DNA of 7,250 bases, from positions 1-7,250 of the forward strand of contig DAOOON010000032.1 of the NCBI GenBank assembly GCA_035387745.1. The letters run 5' to 3'. Shown one piece after another: positions 1 to 4,516 of this stretch (position 1 is its first letter; every line of letters starts with the position of its first letter). Under the pieces are notes generated by a model, which saw nothing but the letters and a program-made list of their open reading frames with translations, searched no databases and had not been told where the DNA came from. The position numbers and the translations under genes were made by a program. The DNA is from an archaeon (GTDB taxonomy: Archaea > Iainarchaeota > Iainarchaeia > Iainarchaeales > CSSED10-239).

Positions 1-96
1 CATCTTGTTGATATTTATTGTTTATATTATCTTCTGAATTTATTTCTTTATTAAATATTTCTTCAGAATATACAAAATTAGATATAAATAATAATA
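1..96. repeat. Direct repeat copy A (96/96 identical to 4254..4349; may extend beyond the window edge)
   Basis: Hand alignment at constant offset 4253 gives 96/96 identity for 1..96 vs 4254..4349. The next 37 nt up to both ATGs (97..133 vs 4350..4386) match at only 23/37. Confidence 0.95.
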
Positions 97-133
97 GAAA
101 TATTAAGAATAAGATATTTGCTTTCTTTGTCAT
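1..133 (-). CDS. 5' end (44 codons + 1 nt) of a secreted-protein gene truncated by the window edge; N-terminal paralog of the M6 metalloprotease at 1984..4386
   Basis: Reverse complement from ATG (131..133) reads MTKKANILFLIFLLLFISNFVYSEEIFNKEINSEDNINNKYQQD with no stop up to the window edge. It has a Sec-type signal peptide (basic n-region, hydrophobic core, VYS|EE). Residues 14-44 are identical to the M6 protease N-terminus, and the start codon sits at the equivalent position (constant offset 4253). It is missing from the ORF track because it is short and partial. Confidence 0.72.
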   Translation of the reverse strand, partial: MTKKANILFLIFLLLFISNFVYSEEIFNKEINSEDNINNKYQQD

Positions 134-154
134 ATATATAATATATACAATATC

Positions 155-161
155 TTTTAAA
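155..161 (-). promoter_or_regulatory. Candidate archaeal TATA-like box (TTTAAAA on minus strand) for the truncated left gene
   Basis: Lies -28..-22 relative to the ATG at 133. The same position in the paralog promoter (4407..4414) carries TTAAAAAA. No SD motif lies between box and ATG, consistent with a leaderless or short-leader transcript. Confidence 0.35.
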
Positions 162-174
162 TAATTATCTAAAT

Positions 175-196
175 AAATAACTGTAGACAGTTATTT
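175..196. promoter_or_regulatory. Inverted repeat AAATAACTGT-ag-ACAGTTATTT (10-bp arms, 2-nt spacer); candidate operator in the divergent intergenic region
   Basis: The two arms are perfect reverse complements on direct reading. The half-site TAACTG/CAGTTA recurs at 221..226 and 260..265, and at the homologous position of the paralog promoter (4431..4436). Confidence 0.4.
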
Positions 197-341
197 TCTC
201 TTATTCCTGGTTATTTCTAGTAACTGGTTTTGGGCATTTGTGGTTGCTGGTAATGACAACAGTTAACAACCTTTAAACAGGGAATGAGTTCCAGCAGCAT
301 TTATATAGGCTACCGGAATGCATTACTTAAGTTTATATGCT

Positions 342-349
342 TTTTGGTA
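342..349 (+). promoter_or_regulatory. Candidate TATA box (TTTATATG) for the ATPase gene
   Basis: It is centred about 28 nt upstream of the ATG at 374 and about 16 nt upstream of the ATG at 362. A second perfect TTTATATA lies at 300..307. Both fall inside the 5' extension of the computed ORF (284..), which argues that extension is not translated. Confidence 0.35.
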
Positions 350-373
350 CATATATGTGTTATGCTATCAATA

Positions 374-1822
374 ATGGATTTAGAAAAACAAAACCCTTGG
401 TGGAAAGATAAAAAAAATATAAATAACGATCCTAAAATCCAAGCAATAGAGGACGCCACAATTAAATGGATGCCTGAAATAATTACAGAGTTTGATTTCA
501 CAAAAGACATTGTTTACAGCTTAAGGGGGCCAAGACAAACCGGCAAAACAACATTAACTAAAATAATTATAAAAAATGAACTAAAAACAAAAAATCCAAA
601 AGCTATATTCTATTTTAGTTGCGATTTAATAATAAGCGATGCCAAAGAATTAGAAGAAACAATTGGCACATATCTTGATTGGGCAGAAAGCTTAACAAAT
701 GAAAGAAAACTAATTATTATTGATGAAATCTCAGAAGTAAAACATTGGGAAAAAGCAATTAAAAAAATAATAGATGAAAGATCAAATAAAAATAAAACTT
801 TTATACTTACCGGATCACACTCTATAGACATATATAGAAGCGTAGAAAAGCTACCAGGAAGACGAGGAGAAGACACTGGAACATTTACGCACAAGGTTTT
901 TTATCCCATGTCTTTTAAAGAATTCGTAAGAATAACTAAACCCAAACTATTTACTGAGATAAATAAGATGATTAATAATGACAATAACGAATTTATAAAC
1001 ATTTGCAATAATATAATCCCTGAGTCATTAAATAAATTGCAATTATATAAATCAGAATTAGATTATGCGCTAGATGAATATTTATTAACCGGGGGGTTTA
1101 TTTCGGTAATTAATAATTATAAAAATAATAATAAAATAGAAAACACGTTATATGAAGAATATATAAGATCAATATTTGGAGATTTTGCAAAAGTCAATAA
1201 AAATCAAAAATATGTTTTTCAAATTTTGTCTTCAATTATTAAAAAAGAGACCTCTCAAGTTTCTTGGACCGCTATAATGAAAGACACCCACATTAAAGAC
1301 TCTAGAACTGTTGAAAACTATGTAGAAATATTGCAAGGCATGCTGATTGTAGATGCGTTTTATCCTATTGATAAAAACACAAAACAAATAAAATATTCTT
1401 TAACTGATAAAAAAATATACCTGAATAATCCCTTCTTATTTCACGCATTTAGGGCATTAATAAACGGGTCAATAAATTATTTTGAAGATGCAAAATTATA
1501 TTTAAATAAAGAAAACAAAGCTAACCTACTAGAATTCGTCTTTGGAAATCACCTACTAAGAAAAATAAACAAAATGTATCCTAGTGATTTAACATATATC
1601 AATGAGAAAGTATATTTCTTTAAGGGTAAAAAAGAAATTGACTTTGTAATAAAATTAGAAAACAAATTAATTGGATTTGAGGTAAAATATCAAAATCAAA
1701 TAACTAAAAGTGATTATTCGCCATTGTTTGTATTAGATAAAGGGGTATTAATTTCTAAAAATACTTTTGAAACCGAAAAATACATGTGTATTCCTATTTC
1801 AATGATGTTAATGTATTTATAA
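374..1822 (+). CDS. AAA+ superfamily ATPase (AAA_14 N-terminal domain + DUF4143-type C-terminal PD-(D/E)xK-like domain)
   Basis: Walker A GPRQTGKTT is at nt 527..553 and Walker B LIIIDE includes D/E at nt 722..727. The C-terminal motif is EIDFVI...GFEVKY (D at 1640..1642, E at 1679..1681, K two codons later). The N-terminal MDLEKQNPWW resembles the NPWW start I recall for this family. The ORF is open from 284, but residues 1-30 are hydrophobic and low-complexity and overlap TATA-like boxes. The likely start is therefore ATG 374, with ATG 362 as an alternative. Confidence 0.88.
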   Translation: MDLEKQNPWWKDKKNINNDPKIQAIEDATIKWMPEIITEFDFTKDIVYSLRGPRQTGKTTLTKIIIKNELKTKNPKAIFYFSCDLIISDAKELEETIGTYLDWAESLTNERKLIIIDEISEVKHWEKAIKKIIDERSNKNKTFILTGSHSIDIYRSVEKLPGRRGEDTGTFTHKVFYPMSFKEFVRITKPKLFTEINKMINNDNNEFINICNNIIPESLNKLQLYKSELDYALDEYLLTGGFISVINNYKNNNKIENTLYEEYIRSIFGDFAKVNKNQKYVFQILSSIIKKETSQVSWTAIMKDTHIKDSRTVENYVEILQGMLIVDAFYPIDKNTKQIKYSLTDKKIYLNNPFLFHAFRALINGSINYFEDAKLYLNKENKANLLEFVFGNHLLRKINKMYPSDLTYINEKVYFFKGKKEIDFVIKLENKLIGFEVKYQNQITKSDYSPLFVLDKGVLISKNTFETEKYMCIPISMMLMYL

Positions 1823-1851
1823 CGGAAAAGGGATAATTAAAAAACAAATAA

Positions 1852-1859
1852 TTTTTTTT
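1852..1859 (+). terminator. Oligo-T tract (T8); candidate archaeal-type terminator of the ATPase gene
   Basis: TTTTTTTT begins 30 nt downstream of the TAA stop at 1820..1822, in a convergent intergenic region. Confidence 0.4.
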
Positions 1860-1905
1860 ACTTAATATTTGTGATTATTTTATTTATTAATTCTATAATA
1901 TTCAC

Positions 1906-1923
1906 TTACTAAATATTTAGTAA
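1906..1923. repeat. 18-bp perfect palindrome TTACTAAATATTTAGTAA in the convergent intergenic spacer
   Basis: The sequence is self-complementary on direct reading. It lies between the ATPase stop (1822) and the protease stop (1984). Confidence 0.5.
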
Positions 1924-1983
1924 ATAAATATATAATAAAGACATTATATAATTCTATAAAAATATATATTACTTAATTAGCAT

Positions 1984-4386
1984 TTATTTATTTTGAGAAA
2001 TATTTGGCAGAGATTTAGAAATTGTGTTTTTGTGTTTTGATTGCCTTGAGATTACATATTCTTCAAGCATTGTTGAACTAGAATACCAAGAAACTGTTGC
2101 TTGAGAAAGATTTGATAAACCTAAAAGGGCTGTTGAACCGCTCTTGGAACCGCCTTGAGAACTAAGAACTGTTGGACCAGTATAAAGATAAGCTTTTGCT
2201 TTTAATGTTGTATTTTGAGAAATGGTTATTGAACCGTTATAATAAAGACTTTTGATTCTGTTTGGCTCTGTGCCATCAAGAGTGTATCTAATAATTGCGT
2301 TTGGAGTTGTTGTAGTTAATTCTACTATTTGTGTGGAACTATAAGTGCCACCAGAAATATTTGCAATAGGTTCAGCAACTTCAGGGATATCGTTTGTTGT
2401 ATAATAATAAGTGGAAACTTGACTAGGGGAATAACCAGAACTATAAGCAATTGCTTTTAAGGTGAAGTTATGGTCGATTGTTATTGGTGATTGATAAAGA
2501 GTTGAAGATACATTTGGTGTTGTGCCATCAAGAGTATAATAAATATTTGAATTTGGTGTTGTTGTAGATAATTCGATTTGTGTCCACCGCGGATAATTGC
2601 CAGAAGGTAAACTGGAAAGAGGGGAAGAAGTGGTTTGATTAATCGTGTAGTTCTCAATTAAAACATCACTAACATAAAAATTATCTTTCTTGGCTATTGC
2701 TTTTAGAGTTGTGGTTTGTGAGATAGTTGTTGGTGAAGAATAGATTTGAGAATTAATTGTTGGAGTGCTGCCATCAAGAGTATAATATATTGTTGCGCCA
2801 ACTGTTGGAGTTTCTAAAGTTACTTGTATTGTTGAATCATAATTGCCAGAAGCAGGATTTGCTATTGGTATCGCAGTTTCTTCTCCCACTAGCATCTTAG
2901 CAGTCATTGTTGATTGATTAGTTGAAGAAAGAGCTTCAAAGCGAATGAAAGGATTCTCTACACCGCTATATGCTCGAGTTGTTGAATCATCAATTGCATA
3001 AAGATTTGTACAGATTCTTTTATTTTCATCAAAGAATCTAAAAGTATCACAACCATATATTTGTTCATTAAAATAAAAATCAAGTGTATTTGCTGTATAA
3101 TCAATAGGATCATCTATAAAATTTTCTTCATATAATATTCCTGGATGACTTACGGTGTCATCTCTCCAATTGCCGTCTCTATCCCAGTTAACATAGTTGT
3201 TTGGATAATCATATTCTATTTTGTTCTCATCAACATGATAGATTGCAAAACCGCTTCTTGGTAATGGTGAGTTATTAAACATACACTTGTCTAGATTACT
3301 GGGGACGTTTTCTCTGTATCTGTTTTCTATTATGAAAAATTCTCTTGGAGTCATATAACTGTTTTTTAGAATCACTGAATCAGAATAATCGTTTGCACTT
3401 CTTAGACTTATTTCTTTAGGACTGTCTGTTGTTAGAATCAAGGGATTAGTCCAGCCAAAAAAATATCTTGACCAGGCATCAAGATTGATTGGCTTATCAA
3501 GACAATATGGAGAAAAATTAAAATTCATCATTGTAAAATCTTTTAACGGGCCAGTTCCTTGGCCTGTTGACGTATTACTATATAAATCCATTAATCCAAG
3601 AACATGTGCAAACTCGTGAGTGGTTATTGGAATCTCGAACTGAGCATCTGAATACCCTAGCTCAGGCACTACTGCAACATTACCAAGGTATTTTCCATCT
3701 ACCATATTACTATTATAATTTCTAAGTATTCTTGCATGTGGCCAAATACCAGTTGGTGCTATTCCGTTTGGACCAGGAATAATAATTATGTAACCGTCTA
3801 TTCTTCCACTACCGTCATTATCATACTGTGCAAAATCAATTGTTGAATTAAACATATTTATTGTTGCTAGTTCCATTTCAAAATTTCTATTACTATTTAA
3901 ACTATAATAGGAATAAGTGTTTGGGGCTGTCTGCCAGCCATAAATATCAAAAGTAATATTTAGATCGCCATAAGATTCTTTTGTGTAGTATTTGCTTACA
4001 CTGATTCCTGCGCCACCTAAATAATTAGGACTATTAAAAGCGGTGTTGATATCTGATGCAGAAAGAGTAGGCATGTTATCTGTAAACTGAACTAACAAAA
4101 CTGGTATATGAATATTTCCTGTTAACGGACTAGTGCCCCAGATATTGTCAACACTTGAGTTTCTGTTTCTTGGTGCTCCGTCTTTTAAAGATTGAATATA
4201 GCTTTCAAGTGTTTGGCCTTGCTTTGTTAAAGCCTCTTCTGGCGGATAAAAAACATCTTGTTGATATTTATTGTTTATATTATCTTCTGAATTTATTTCT
4301 TTATTAAATATTTCTTCAGAATATACAAAATTAGATATAAATAATAATATAAATATAAATAAAACAGAATATACTTTTAATCTCAT
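1984..4386 (-). CDS. Secreted M6-family (immune inhibitor A-like) zinc metalloprotease with three C-terminal chitobiase/beta-hexosaminidase-C-like (CHB_HEX_C) domains
   Basis: Sec signal MRLKVYSVLFIFILLFISNFVYS|EE is at nt 4318..4386. HEFAHVLGLMDLY (HEXXH at nt 3604..3618, residues 257-261) matches the M6 signature HEFGHxLGLPDxY. The upstream blocks IHIPVLLVQFTD and GRIDGYIIIIPG are typical of the M6 domain. The C-terminus has three repeats of the form G(N/T)Y...IYYTLDG(S/T)(T/E)P...Y..PI.I...TTLKA.A. Confidence 0.9.
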   Translation of the reverse strand: MRLKVYSVLFIFILLFISNFVYSEEIFNKEINSEDNINNKYQQDVFYPPEEALTKQGQTLESYIQSLKDGAPRNRNSSVDNIWGTSPLTGNIHIPVLLVQFTDNMPTLSASDINTAFNSPNYLGGAGISVSKYYTKESYGDLNITFDIYGWQTAPNTYSYYSLNSNRNFEMELATINMFNSTIDFAQYDNDGSGRIDGYIIIIPGPNGIAPTGIWPHARILRNYNSNMVDGKYLGNVAVVPELGYSDAQFEIPITTHEFAHVLGLMDLYSNTSTGQGTGPLKDFTMMNFNFSPYCLDKPINLDAWSRYFFGWTNPLILTTDSPKEISLRSANDYSDSVILKNSYMTPREFFIIENRYRENVPSNLDKCMFNNSPLPRSGFAIYHVDENKIEYDYPNNYVNWDRDGNWRDDTVSHPGILYEENFIDDPIDYTANTLDFYFNEQIYGCDTFRFFDENKRICTNLYAIDDSTTRAYSGVENPFIRFEALSSTNQSTMTAKMLVGEETAIPIANPASGNYDSTIQVTLETPTVGATIYYTLDGSTPTINSQIYSSPTTISQTTTLKAIAKKDNFYVSDVLIENYTINQTTSSPLSSLPSGNYPRWTQIELSTTTPNSNIYYTLDGTTPNVSSTLYQSPITIDHNFTLKAIAYSSGYSPSQVSTYYYTTNDIPEVAEPIANISGGTYSSTQIVELTTTTPNAIIRYTLDGTEPNRIKSLYYNGSITISQNTTLKAKAYLYTGPTVLSSQGGSKSGSTALLGLSNLSQATVSWYSSSTMLEEYVISRQSKHKNTISKSLPNISQNK
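2152..2874 (-). repeat. Intragenic tandem array: three ~82-84-codon CHB_HEX_C-like domain repeats
   Basis: The 12-mer gccatcaagagt (TLDG codons, minus strand) occurs at 2272..2283, 2524..2535 and 2770..2781, with spacings of 252 and 246 nt. Flanking protein sequence is conserved (YYTLDGxxP, TLKAxA). Confidence 0.85.
4254..4349. repeat. Direct repeat copy B (identical to 1..96); covers codons 14-44 of the M6 protease
   Basis: See copy A: 96/96 identity at offset 4253. Confidence 0.95.
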
Positions 4387-4406
4387 AAATATCTTAGAAC
4401 AAACGG

Positions 4407-4414
4407 TTTTTTAA
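4407..4414 (-). promoter_or_regulatory. Candidate TATA-like box (TTAAAAAA on minus strand) for the M6 protease gene
   Basis: Lies -28..-21 from the ATG at 4386, co-positioned with the box at 155..161 in the paralog. No SD motif is present. The upstream TAACTG at 4431..4436 sits inside the small inverted repeat caatt-aactg-aattg (4427..4441). Confidence 0.35.
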
Positions 4415-4469
4415 GTGTTTTGAAATCAATTAACTGAATTGGATTATAAAACACATAAAATTACAATCT

Positions 4470-4490
4470 AAAAAATAATAATTAAAAAAA
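4470..4490 (-). terminator. Oligo-T tracts (T7 at 4484..4490 and T6 at 4470..4475 on the minus strand) downstream of the GLUG-protein stop
   Basis: The stop TAA is at 4517..4519 (minus). The T7 tract starts about 27 nt downstream and is followed by T6, fitting an archaeal oligo-T terminator. This suggests the GLUG gene and the protease gene are separate transcription units. Confidence 0.4.
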
Positions 4491-4516
4491 TAAATAAATA
4501 AAATATAACTAATAGA

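Noticed and set aside
1-133. Diversity-generating retroelement (template/variable repeat pair) as an explanation for the 1..133 / 4254..4386 repeat
   Set aside because: The repeat lies at the 5' signal-peptide end of the genes rather than in a C-terminal variable region. The matched part is perfectly identical. Mismatches in the diverged part are not adenine-specific, and no reverse transcriptase is present in the window.
181-283. Slightly GC-richer stretch upstream of the ATPase gene, considered as a possible small RNA or tRNA
   Set aside because: There is no cloverleaf-compatible stem arrangement and no conserved tRNA boxes. Only short inverted repeats (TAACTG/CAGTTA) are present, and these are better explained as protein-binding half-sites.
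284-373. N-terminal 30-residue extension of the ATPase ORF (MSSSSIYIGYRNALLKFICFLVHICVMLSI)
   Set aside because: The segment is hydrophobic, Cys-rich and low-complexity, contains two TATA-like boxes, and precedes the family-typical N-terminus. It is treated as untranslated, although a real start at 284 cannot be excluded without homolog alignment.
310-894. Minus-strand ORFs 310..510 (66 aa) and 610..894 (94 aa) antisense to the ATPase gene
   Set aside because: Both lie wholly inside a well-supported coding region with clear Walker motifs. Their translations are low-complexity and hydrophobic (S/I/F/L-rich), as expected from antisense reading of AT-rich codons. Neither has promoter or family signals.
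134-4253. Mobile element or transposon bounded by the direct repeats
   Set aside because: The repeats are the homologous coding 5' ends of paralogous genes, not target-site duplications. The intervening segment has no terminal inverted repeats and no transposase, integrase or attachment-site tRNA.
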